A DNA stretch of 64,000 bases from a virus, in the IMG/VR virus record IMGVR_UViG_3300032313_001465, positions 32,001-96,000 of that record; one strand, given 5' to 3'. The notes below the pieces were generated by a model. It was not told where the DNA came from and did no database searches. It saw nothing but the letters and a program-made list of their open reading frames with translations. Every line of letters begins with the position of its first letter. Position 1 is the stretch's first letter. The translations under genes were made by a program, and so were the position numbers. This document shows, in pieces, positions 28,916-36,954 of this stretch.

Positions 28916-29386
28916 ATGTTTAAAGAAAGTAAAAAAATGGGTGAAGCAGTAAGAGCAGGTTCAGAACGTAGAGGTAGACCAGTTAAATCTGATAGTGCCC
29001 GTCAAATGAGATTAAATAAATTTGCTGAGTTAAAAGCAAATGGTATAGTAGTTAAAAGAGGTAGACCAGCTAAAGTAGTGGATCCAAATGCCCCGGTAAT
29101 TGTTAAAACACCTAAGGTTAAGGTACCTAAAGAACCTAAGGCGAAAAAAGCGAAATCAAGCGAGGTAAAAACGGAACCAACAGTTGTGTTGAGTGAGGGT
29201 GTAAACCATAAGACCGTTTCTCATCCAACAGGTAAACCAGTTACTTATATCCGTTCTCCTTATATAGTACAAGCAGCTGGTAAAGGATTTGAGGACGTAG
29301 CTCAAGACGGTGAATTAGAAATTGAAGATATCATTGTGGATGAGTTCGTTCCAAATGAAGATGATATTGCTGAATTAGAAGCATAG
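28916..29386 (+). CDS. AT-hook DNA-binding protein with acidic tail
   Basis: RRGRP, KRGRP, PK repeats, acidic C-terminus. Confidence 0.7.
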   Translation: MFKESKKMGEAVRAGSERRGRPVKSDSARQMRLNKFAELKANGIVVKRGRPAKVVDPNAPVIVKTPKVKVPKEPKAKKAKSSEVKTEPTVVLSEGVNHKTVSHPTGKPVTYIRSPYIVQAAGKGFEDVAQDGELEIEDIIVDEFVPNEDDIAELEA

Positions 29387-29473
29387 TATTGCTGAGAGAT
29401 AAAGAAGTAAATATATGGAAGAAGTGAGGTTAAGTCCCAACATAGTACATTAATGCTCAGTAATAAAATATAT

Positions 29474-29570
29474 AGTCAGGTGGCGCAATTGGTAGACGTT
29501 GTTCCTCTGTACAAGGAATGTAAAACGAGGTGATCCTCGTAGTATACAGGTTCAAATCCTGTCCTGACTA
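29474..29570 (+). ncRNA. tRNA-framed RNA 3 (Tyr-GTA-like loop on a 7-bp stem, long variable arm)
   Basis: AGTCAGG/CCTGACT; GCG-CAATTGGTAGA-CGT; TGTTCCT-CTGTACA-AGGAATG; ACGAGG-TGAT-CCTCGT; ACAGG-TTCAAAT-CCTGT. Confidence 0.75.
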
Positions 29571-29604
29571 CAATTGTTGTGTTATTTTTAGTAATAAAAT
29601 ATAT

Positions 29605-29733
29605 AGTCAGGTGGCGAGTTGGAACACGCACCGAAACATTGACGTAAAAACTTTCTGACAGAAGTACAACGGAGTATCTGCTTTATCAATGTGCTGATGG
29701 ATACTATCACAGGTTCAAGTCCTGTCCTGACTA
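29605..29733 (+). ncRNA. tRNA-framed RNA 4 (129 nt)
   Basis: Same acceptor/T-arm; GCG/CGC D-arm; CCG/CGG and AGTATCTG/TGGATACT inner stems; loop-loop ACATTGA/TCAATGT complement. Confidence 0.75.
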
Positions 29734-29766
29734 CAATTGTTGTGTTATTTTTTATTATTGGTAATA

Positions 29767-29968
29767 GGGTCCTGCCATTAAATGGACCCCGACCGGCTGT
29801 ATTGGGATGGAAGCGTCCGCCTACATGCCGCTTTTTAAAAAACAACTTATGAAGTCTTCCGCACCGTAGTTGTTACTTACCATTTCGCTCATTGCGCAGC
29901 GCCGGAGGTAGGGTTGTTAGACGGAGTGAGGAGCAACACGGGATAGGCCGGGGCCAAACGTTGGTCCC
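29767..29968 (+). ncRNA. Candidate GC-rich structured ncRNA
   Basis: GGGTCC/GGACCC; nested CCGGC/GCCGG, CGTC/GACG, CCTAC/GTAGG, AACAACT/AGTTGTT; GGGCCAA/TTGGTCC. Confidence 0.45.
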
Positions 29969-30009
29969 TTGCCTCTCCCTTTTAATGTCATCAATTAATT
30001 AATTATATA

Positions 30010-30267
30010 ATGAAAGTAAGAGCAAATTACTTAAACCGAAGTGCGAAACAAGCATTTTACACAGCACGTAAACGTAGTGGAGATGTTACTCGTATTGCTG
30101 AGGCAACCGGTTATTCAACATCACACATTTCAAATGTGATGTCAGGCCGAAGAAACGTTAATGATATTATTGCCAATGAAATGTACAATATATCAAGACG
30201 TAGAATGAAGAATAGTGATAAACCAGAGATGGTAGATTACGATTTTGAATTCGTAGTATCGTGGTAG
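30010..30267 (+). CDS. XRE/Cro-like HTH DNA-binding protein
   Basis: VTRIAEATGYSTSHISNVMSGRR. Confidence 0.75.
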   Translation: MKVRANYLNRSAKQAFYTARKRSGDVTRIAEATGYSTSHISNVMSGRRNVNDIIANEMYNISRRRMKNSDKPEMVDYDFEFVVSW

Positions 30268-30307
30268 GATAGGACAACGTACTTAGTAGGATAGGACTAC
30301 GTACTTA
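30264..30307. repeat. 22-bp tandem repeat x2
   Basis: GTAGGATAGGAC(A/T)ACGTACTTA. Confidence 0.85.
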
Positions 30308-30588
30308 GAACGTATGAGGTACTTGGGTGGGCGTATCGTACGGTCGCCCAGGTACGTTATATGCTCCCACGTGCGCCGTTATCCATCGATACGGCGGGCG
30401 ACGGAAAAGGTGCTTACATGTCCAAACCCATCGCATACGATCTCTCCACATCGATCTCATATATCCATATATATACAACATATGTAATCTATAATTTCCA
30501 AAATACCATTTCACGGCATTTTCACAACCCCACAACCCCTTCTTTTTATAACCCCTTTCACGTCGATAAACATATATACTTATATAAA

Positions 30589-30654
30589 GCGTCATGTAAG
30601 TGTCATATAAAATACTTGGCATCTCCAAATTTCGTTCGTATATTGATGTATAAT
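30589..30654 (+). promoter_or_regulatory. 66-bp early promoter element, copy 12
   Basis: GCGTCAT-N4-GTGTCAT... Confidence 0.85.
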
Positions 30655-30667
30655 AAAAAACGTAAAA

Positions 30668-31094
30668 ATGAGTGAAACAACTAAGATTAGAAAGGGGCAT
30701 TACATCCACATTAAAAGTGGATTACACATCGTATTTTGTATGGGTGAGAAATATGGTTATTGGAACATATGGGATGATGAAGAAGAGTGGCAGATAGGAA
30801 TACCTACAAAATGGCAATGTATTGAAAAAATAGAAAAATTCTTTACCAACTTTAATTAAATAAATCATGAAAGTAAAAGTAAGAACAAAATCAAATTTCA
30901 GACTTTTGAATGACAGATGGTTAGAATTGGTAGAGGTAGTAGGAACAAGAGTTACTACAAGACATTCATTTGCTGAATTCGGGACGCAGACCATAGACTT
31001 TACTCTAAGTGAAGTAGTGGAAATGGATACTACACAAAATGTAGAAAGGAATTTAGGTAGTATTTTTGATAGAGCACTTAAACCATTTATGTAA
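30668..31094 (+). CDS. Two hypothetical proteins (30668-30859, 30867-31094)
   Basis: Behind promoter copy 12. Confidence 0.6.
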
Positions 31095-31112
31095 TAATTT
31101 AAAATAATAAAA

Positions 31113-31751
31113 ATGAATAAGAAACTATTAAACACAAGAATTGAATCATTAACTGATGCTCATGGTATAGAAATTGTAGACTTTTATAAATCTCAAGGAT
31201 TTGATACTGGTGCATTTTGTGGTTATAATACTAGATTAGAGGGTAATACTCATAGATATTATGGGGTTAAAAGCAATGGTGATTTTTCTTCTTCTTCTTT
31301 TTCTACTGACTTCACCTTACTTACCCTAGAAGAAGCTAAACTATTAGTACAAGAAAAAACATATCCTAGAGTTATGTTGGTTAGTAATGTGAATAAGATT
31401 AAAACTGCTAAAAAAAGAGTAGTTTTTATGGAGAAAAATGGTAAATATCTAGCTTGGAATGGTGTAGAAACACTTGAAGAAGCAGAAAATGAAATGAATG
31501 TAGGTTATTGGGATTTTGCTTGGGAATTAGAAGAAAAAACAAGATTTCCATTTACATTAACTCCATTTAATGCCCAAAATATACTCAAAATAGCTTGTAA
31601 TAATTGGAAAGAGCCATTAGCTGAAAAATGGGCTAAAGACATAGTCTTAAACCAAAATATCTTAGTAGATGAACAATTCTACAAAGAAATGAGAAATGCT
31701 TGTACTACTCCACAAAATGAGCTATTTGACGAGATATTTGGTAAAGATTAA
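31113..31751 (+). CDS. Multi-module hypothetical protein with C-terminal ACxxWK domain
   Basis: YPRVMLVS module plus domain shared with 25138. Confidence 0.65.
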   Translation: MNKKLLNTRIESLTDAHGIEIVDFYKSQGFDTGAFCGYNTRLEGNTHRYYGVKSNGDFSSSSFSTDFTLLTLEEAKLLVQEKTYPRVMLVSNVNKIKTAKKRVVFMEKNGKYLAWNGVETLEEAENEMNVGYWDFAWELEEKTRFPFTLTPFNAQNILKIACNNWKEPLAEKWAKDIVLNQNILVDEQFYKEMRNACTTPQNELFDEIFGKD

Positions 31752-31961
31752 TAATTAAAGTTAAAAACAATCAAAAACAATTAAAATATGATAAGTAAAT
31801 ATTGGGGTTTAGTTTTTGGTGTTATTACTTTAATAGTGCTATTATTACTATTATTAAAAGGTGTTATATGGATTTTTACATAATAATATTGTTTAATTGA
31901 ACCATTATCGGAAATTGAAAGGGATAATTTAGAACTCCACACTCAAATTCAATTAAATAAA

Positions 31962-32084
31962 GTTGGGGTGGCGGAATAGTAGACGCAAATACATCCAGTT
32001 ATAGGGACTGAATTTCAAGTACGGTATCACTTTAGATATTAAGAAATGAAAAAACTAATGCAGGTGCAAGTCCTGTTCCCAACG
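31962..32084 (+). ncRNA. tRNA-framed RNA 5 (different acceptor stem, G discriminator)
   Basis: GTTGGGG/TCCCAAC; GCG-GAATAGTAGA-CGC; CAGTT/GACTG, GGTATC/GATATT; GCAGG-TGCAAGT-CCTGT. Confidence 0.65.
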
Positions 32085-32099
32085 CTAAAAACAAATAAA

Positions 32100-32321
32100 A
32101 TGAAAAACGAAAAAACAACATCAACCGGATTTGGACTTGGGACCGTCCTATTCTTAATATTTTTGGTCCTTAAACTAACTGGAGTTGGAATAGTAGCTAC
32201 TTGGTCGTGGTGGTGGGTTTTATCCCCTCTTTGGATTCCTATAGTAATTACTCTCGGTATACTTATTTGTGTATTAGTATTTGTTAGTTTGTTAGCATTA
32301 ATAGGAGCATTATTATCATGA
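32100..32321 (+). CDS. Small membrane protein (LKLxGxxxWSWWWVxxPLW family)
   Basis: ATG 32100; characteristic motif. Confidence 0.75.
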   Translation: MKNEKTTSTGFGLGTVLFLIFLVLKLTGVGIVATWSWWWVLSPLWIPIVITLGILICVLVFVSLLALIGALLS

Positions 32322-32830
32322 AAAAAACAGCAATAAAAACATTTATGGATTGGTTCGCAACTGAATCAAACGCGGTAAAAACATTAACGGATAGTAATAT
32401 CCAAGAAATTAATCAAAAGCTTAATCAATTACTTGACGTAGAAAAAGAATTTTTACAAGAAGTTCATAGAGATGGTATTGGATATCAAAGATATAATAGA
32501 AAGTGGGGCAATGTAAGTACTGATGAAATTTGCGATAATTATAATAAATAATACGATATGGCAGGAAAAATAGCAGAATTCAAGTTAGGAAATATAAATG
32601 TAATGGGAGTGTTCCGCCACAAATGGGACTCACCAGAAAACTTATATACTACGATACATGAATATAAAACAAAGGAACTTGGTATATTCTACAGAAAAGA
32701 TATGTGTCTTCATATAGGTAGAAAAAACCCAAAATATAATCTATATCCTTCTATCATGTTAGGTCTAAACTTAATATGGGCGAAATGTTGGATACAAATC
32801 AACTATAATATACACCACTCAGAAGTGTAG
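32318..32830 (+). CDS. Two hypothetical proteins (32318-32551, 32558-32830)
   Basis: ORF track. Confidence 0.55.
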
Positions 32831-32870
32831 TCCCATACTACAGATTGTAGTTATTACGTCGTCTTATGAG

Positions 32871-32936
32871 GCGTCATGTAAGCGTCATGCGAAAGATTTG
32901 GCATTTCCGGATTTTGGTCGTATATTGACGCATAAT
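32871..32936 (+). promoter_or_regulatory. 66-bp early promoter element, copy 13
   Basis: GCGTCAT-N4-GCGTCAT... Confidence 0.85.
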
Positions 32937-32950
32937 AAAAAACGTAAAAA

Positions 32951-33160
32951 ATGGAAAATATGTTCACAACAAAAGTTAGTTTAATAATTCTTAGCCACTT
33001 AGAAGATATGGAATTAGAAATTTCTACTAATCCGGAAATGGCTTATAAAAGAATGAGACTTGTTAGGATATTAATATCAGAATATCCAGATACTAATGTT
33101 AGGATTTCGGATGAAAAATTAGATGAACTTTGGAATGGATTAAGTTTAGGAGAATTTTAA
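32951..33160 (+). CDS. Hypothetical protein
   Basis: Between promoter copies 13 and 14. Confidence 0.65.
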   Translation: MENMFTTKVSLIILSHLEDMELEISTNPEMAYKRMRLVRILISEYPDTNVRISDEKLDELWNGLSLGEF

Positions 33161-33164
33161 CAGA

Positions 33165-33230
33165 GCGTCATAACTGCGTCATGTAGTAGATTTGGCGAAG
33201 CGAAACACCGTTCGTATATTGATGTATAAT
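33165..33230 (+). promoter_or_regulatory. 66-bp early promoter element, copy 14
   Basis: GCGTCAT-AACT-GCGTCAT-N9-TTGGC-N15-TCGTATATTGATGTATAAT. Confidence 0.85.
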
Positions 33231-33251
33231 AAAAAATAAAAAATAAAGGTT

Positions 33252-33833
33252 ATGTATTTAAGCACAAGAGAAACAGCAGTAGGACCATTTAAAATCTATA
33301 AAGATGTAGATGGTAAATTTAGAAATTTTTCAATTGGTTGTAGAGTTTTACCTTCACCATTTTTCGAAAATGAGTATACCACAGTATTTACTTTAAAAAG
33401 AAAATACGAACCTGGTGAAAATAGTCAATTTAAAAACGGTGGTTTTGAAGTTTACGGTCCATCAGGTGAAATAAGAAACTTTGATTTAGATCAAGTAATC
33501 GTTCATCCTTTTGAGCTAAAAATGACTAAATTCTTTGAAAAAGAAGATAACGTTGCTGCTAAAAATGAAACTGTAAAGGATGGTGTTAAACGTAAAAGAG
33601 GTCGTCCATCACTTGGTTTAATGGTAAAAGAAAAAGTAGCATACGTTTCTACAGGTAATAAAAGAGGTCGTCCTGCATCTTTAACACCTAAAACACCTAA
33701 AGTTAGTAAAGGTGGTAAACGTGGTAGACCATCACTTAGTGATGCAGAAAAATTAATTCGTCAAGCAGAATTAGAAGCAAAAGCAAAGAAATCAGGTGGT
33801 AAAAGAGGTCGTCCTGCTAAAGCAAAAAGATAA
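33252..33833 (+). CDS. Protein with four AT-hooks
   Basis: KRGRP x4 in basic C-terminal half. Confidence 0.75.
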   Translation: MYLSTRETAVGPFKIYKDVDGKFRNFSIGCRVLPSPFFENEYTTVFTLKRKYEPGENSQFKNGGFEVYGPSGEIRNFDLDQVIVHPFELKMTKFFEKEDNVAAKNETVKDGVKRKRGRPSLGLMVKEKVAYVSTGNKRGRPASLTPKTPKVSKGGKRGRPSLSDAEKLIRQAELEAKAKKSGGKRGRPAKAKR

Positions 33834-33837
33834 TATT

Positions 33838-34062
33838 ATGACACAAAGTGGTTTAGTTGATATAATGCAGAAGCGTTTAGAGTGGTGTATTGAAACAGAA
33901 CATTATGAAATGGCTGCTAAATTAAGAGATTTAATTAAGTATGAAACAATTGATGATGAAAAATATAAACATCAATATTATCTAGAATTACTCAAAAAAT
34001 ATGCTCCCGAAACTCCAGAATTTTACGAACGAATGAAAGAAAAATATAATATCGAAGATTAA
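33838..34062 (+). CDS. UVR (UvrB/C motif) domain protein
   Basis: LEWCIETEHYEMAAKLRDLI. Confidence 0.7.
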   Translation: MTQSGLVDIMQKRLEWCIETEHYEMAAKLRDLIKYETIDDEKYKHQYYLELLKKYAPETPEFYERMKEKYNIED

Positions 34063-34069
34063 ATAATTA

Positions 34070-34135
34070 ACGTAATTTAAGTGTAATATGAAAGGTTTGG
34101 TTTTATATCAAATCTTTCGTATATTGATGTATAAT
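34070..34135 (+). promoter_or_regulatory. 66-bp early promoter element, copy 15
   Basis: ACGTAAT-N4-GTGTAAT...TTTGG...TCGTATATTGATGTATAAT. Confidence 0.8.
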
Positions 34136-34149
34136 CAAAAATAAAAATT

Positions 34150-34281
34150 ATGAGCTGTTCATCAGGTAAATCAACAAAAAAAGGTCGCTATAATAAAGCG
34201 AACAATCTAAAACAACCTATATCGTACACAATCGATTCAAAAGGTAATGTTAAACCAATTTATTCACTTAAAACAAAATAA
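34150..34281 (+). CDS. 43-aa basic protein
   Basis: MSCSSGKSTKKGRYN...IYSLKTK*; not in ORF track. Confidence 0.55.
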   Translation: MSCSSGKSTKKGRYNKANNLKQPISYTIDSKGNVKPIYSLKTK

Positions 34282-34540
34282 AAATTATGAAAGTATTAGT
34301 TAATAGAATCCTTAATTTAGATGGAACATGGCAAGGTTATAAATTAACCCCATCTCATGCTCATGCAAAAGTAACATGGTCTAATCCAGGTAAACAATTT
34401 GATTCATTAGATGAAGTAGTTGAATTTTACAAATTACAAAATGTACGTGAGTTAGGTGTAAAATATACTTACGATAATAAAAATCAAAAATATGGAATTG
34501 AAGAATGGGAAGCAATTTATTCACTTAAAACAAAATAAAA
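34256..34540. repeat. 28-bp perfect direct repeat (34256-34283, 34513-34540)
   Basis: CAATTTATTCACTTAAAACAAAATAAAA. Confidence 0.85.
34287..34538 (+). CDS. Hypothetical protein
   Basis: Ends IYSLKTK like the preceding ORF. Confidence 0.65.
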   Translation: MKVLVNRILNLDGTWQGYKLTPSHAHAKVTWSNPGKQFDSLDEVVEFYKLQNVRELGVKYTYDNKNQKYGIEEWEAIYSLKTK

Positions 34541-34541
34541 T

Positions 34542-35330
34542 ATGATACGAAATAACTTAAATCTTATCCCGTTAAATAATAACATTGATAAGTTAGTAGC
34601 GTTTATTCCCTCTCTTAACAAAGATTGGCGAAATAATCAATTAATTAAATCAAAACCATTTCAAATCGAATCTTTAGATGCTATCAGAGAGTTTCAACGA
34701 CAAGGATGGTATATAAAAGGAGCAAATGAAATTAGAGATAAAGGACGAAAAATTAAAAATCACTTTATCAAAATGGAACACCCTGATTTTATGATTCGTA
34801 ATAAAAAAGGTCAAACCGAAGCAGTTGCTAATATGAATATTCAAAACAGTTGTGATGGTTCTAAACCTTTAGAAGTGGATTTAGGTGTATATCGTATGAT
34901 TTGTTCGAATGGAGCGATTGCTCATACATCTTATAGTAATGCTAAAGTATCTCATACTGAAAAAGGTTTGTATTCATTAAATGAAATCCTTTGTGATTTA
35001 GGTATTCGTACGCAAGGTGTAATTAATGAATTCGATAAATTAAAACATAAAGATTTATCACCTCGCCAAATGATGGCTTTAGCTAGTGATGCAGCAAATA
35101 TTCGTTTTGGTGTAGGTAATAAAGTAAATGCAGCACAATTACTTAATGTAGTACGTGACGAAGATAAAGGTAATGATATTTGGACAGTGTTTAATCGAAT
35201 TCAAGAAAATTTAACACAATCTAATCGTATTAAAGATGCGAATAAAAAATTATTAGGTGGTGTTAGTAACGTATATGAAGATACACGCATCAATAAAGAG
35301 TTATTTCAATTAGCACATTCGTACGCATAA
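34542..35330 (+). CDS. DUF932-like protein, second paralogue
   Basis: NSCDG, GVYRMICSNG, DIWTVFNRIQE. Confidence 0.8.
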   Translation: MIRNNLNLIPLNNNIDKLVAFIPSLNKDWRNNQLIKSKPFQIESLDAIREFQRQGWYIKGANEIRDKGRKIKNHFIKMEHPDFMIRNKKGQTEAVANMNIQNSCDGSKPLEVDLGVYRMICSNGAIAHTSYSNAKVSHTEKGLYSLNEILCDLGIRTQGVINEFDKLKHKDLSPRQMMALASDAANIRFGVGNKVNAAQLLNVVRDEDKGNDIWTVFNRIQENLTQSNRIKDANKKLLGGVSNVYEDTRINKELFQLAHSYA

Positions 35331-35334
35331 CAAA

Positions 35335-35400
35335 GCGTCATAACTAAGTCATGCGAGAGATTTGGCATATTGCCAGATCTTTCGTATATTGACGTATAAT
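35335..35400 (+). promoter_or_regulatory. 66-bp early promoter element, copy 16
   Basis: Same consensus. Confidence 0.85.
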
Positions 35401-35412
35401 AAAAATAAAAAA

Positions 35413-35640
35413 ATGGAAAAGACACAAACAGCAGTAGAATGGTTAGAAAGTAATTTACCAACAGCATTTAAAGACTTGACTATTAATAAACAACTAATTG
35501 AACAAGCCAAACAAATGGAAAAGGAGCAGATATTAAATGCTTATAATTTTGGATATTGGGAAAGTGAAGATCCAACTAAAATTGCTGATATGTATTATAA
35601 TGAAACATTTGGAAAGCGTCACAACGACGTCATACAATAA
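35413..35640 (+). CDS. TAVEWL/MEKEQ/YYNETF family protein
   Basis: ATG 35413. Confidence 0.7.
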   Translation: MEKTQTAVEWLESNLPTAFKDLTINKQLIEQAKQMEKEQILNAYNFGYWESEDPTKIADMYYNETFGKRHNDVIQ

Positions 35641-35681
35641 ATTTGGCGAAGCGAAACAGGGTTCGTATATTGACGTATTAT
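35616..35681 (+). promoter_or_regulatory. 66-bp early promoter element, copy 17
   Basis: GCGTCAC-N4-ACGTCAT... Confidence 0.85.
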
Positions 35682-35703
35682 TAAAATTAAAAAAATAAAG
35701 GTT

Positions 35704-36501
35704 ATGCAACAATTACAAAAAAGAAGAGGTCGTCCTTCAAAAACACAATTACCAATCGAAAGTTCATTTAACGCAGATTCAATTAAATTAATTAGAGGAA
35801 ACGAACTTAAATTCAATGATGCGTTATTTATACCAATGAAAACAAATAGTGAAGTTGATACTATTTTATCAACTGAAGGTGGTTTAATGCCAGGTACTAA
35901 TTTAGTTTTTGCTGGTGGTCCAGGTTCAGGTAAATCAACAATAGTGTTAGATATATTATCTAATTTAACACAACAAGGTTATAAATGTTTATTTGTTAGT
36001 GGTGAAATGGATGAAATAGCTCACTATAAGTATTGTAAACGTTTACCTAAATTTAATTGTGTTCAAACGTTGTTTTTGAAAAACTATTCACATTGTGTAA
36101 AAGAAACAATTGAACATGTATTTGATATGGGATATGATGTTATTGGTATTGATTCAATTGCTGAAGTAATAGATATGTATAAAGATGCTTATCGTACTAC
36201 TGAAAGCGCAGCTGAATATTGGTTTTTACAAATACAAGATAAAAATAAAAAAGGTGAAAATAAAGGTGGTTATAACACAACATTCCTTAACATACAACAA
36301 GTAACTAAGCAAGGTGATTTTGCAGGTTCGAACAGACTAAAACACATGACTGACGGAATGTGTCACATCGAAAGATCAAAGGATGGTTTACAACGTTCAA
36401 TGCATTTTAGTAAAAATAGAGATTGTGATAAAGATTTTAAAATGTATTTTTCATTTTATAATGATCAGGTTCAATATACTTATGAAACATTTAATGATTA
36501 A
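35704..36501 (+). CDS. RadA/Sms/KaiC-like RecA-fold ATPase with N-terminal AT-hook
   Basis: RRGRP; GGPGSGKST; SGEM; IDSI; QVTKQGDFAGSNRLKHMTD; KNR. Confidence 0.8.
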   Translation: MQQLQKRRGRPSKTQLPIESSFNADSIKLIRGNELKFNDALFIPMKTNSEVDTILSTEGGLMPGTNLVFAGGPGSGKSTIVLDILSNLTQQGYKCLFVSGEMDEIAHYKYCKRLPKFNCVQTLFLKNYSHCVKETIEHVFDMGYDVIGIDSIAEVIDMYKDAYRTTESAAEYWFLQIQDKNKKGENKGGYNTTFLNIQQVTKQGDFAGSNRLKHMTDGMCHIERSKDGLQRSMHFSKNRDCDKDFKMYFSFYNDQVQYTYETFND

Positions 36502-36503
36502 AA

Positions 36504-36953
36504 ATGATAATTGAGTTAGAAATATTAAAAAAGTATGCTGAGAGTTTCGGGTTCAAATTAAATTTGAACTCGAAATCTTCTGAGGTAACTTTTAAACGGG
36601 GCACATTAAATACTCCTAATAAAATTAATATTATTAATACTAACTCAATCCATCAATATTATTTGTTATTACATGAATTGGGTCATTGGGAATTGATGAA
36701 GGATTGGGGTTTATATAAGCAGAAATATTATTTTTCATCAATGGGTGAAGAATTTGCTCTTGATAAGATATATAAATATCGAAGACGAGTTGCATATAAG
36801 GTAGATATAATGAGAGAAGAATTTGATGCTTGGGAAGCTGGTAAGAATTTAGCTGATAGATTAAATCTTTTTTTGGATATAGTTGACTATAACCAATATA
36901 GCGTTTCATATTTATTTTCGTATATTAAATATTTAGGTAAAAAAAGTAAATAA
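36504..36953 (+). CDS. HExxH metallopeptidase-like (ImmA/IrrE-like) protein
   Basis: LLHELGH...EFDAW. Confidence 0.65.
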   Translation: MIIELEILKKYAESFGFKLNLNSKSSEVTFKRGTLNTPNKINIINTNSIHQYYLLLHELGHWELMKDWGLYKQKYYFSSMGEEFALDKIYKYRRRVAYKVDIMREEFDAWEAGKNLADRLNLFLDIVDYNQYSVSYLFSYIKYLGKKSK

Positions 36954-36954
36954 A

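Noticed and set aside
29632-29646. CGAAACA/ATTGACGTA in the copy 4 interior matching promoter-element words
   Set aside because: Matches of 7-9 nt in an AT-rich genome are too short to support a guide or mimic claim.
30305-30709. ORFs 30361-30675 (+) and 30305-30709 (-)
   Set aside because: Atypical composition; they run through hairpins and promoter copy 12.
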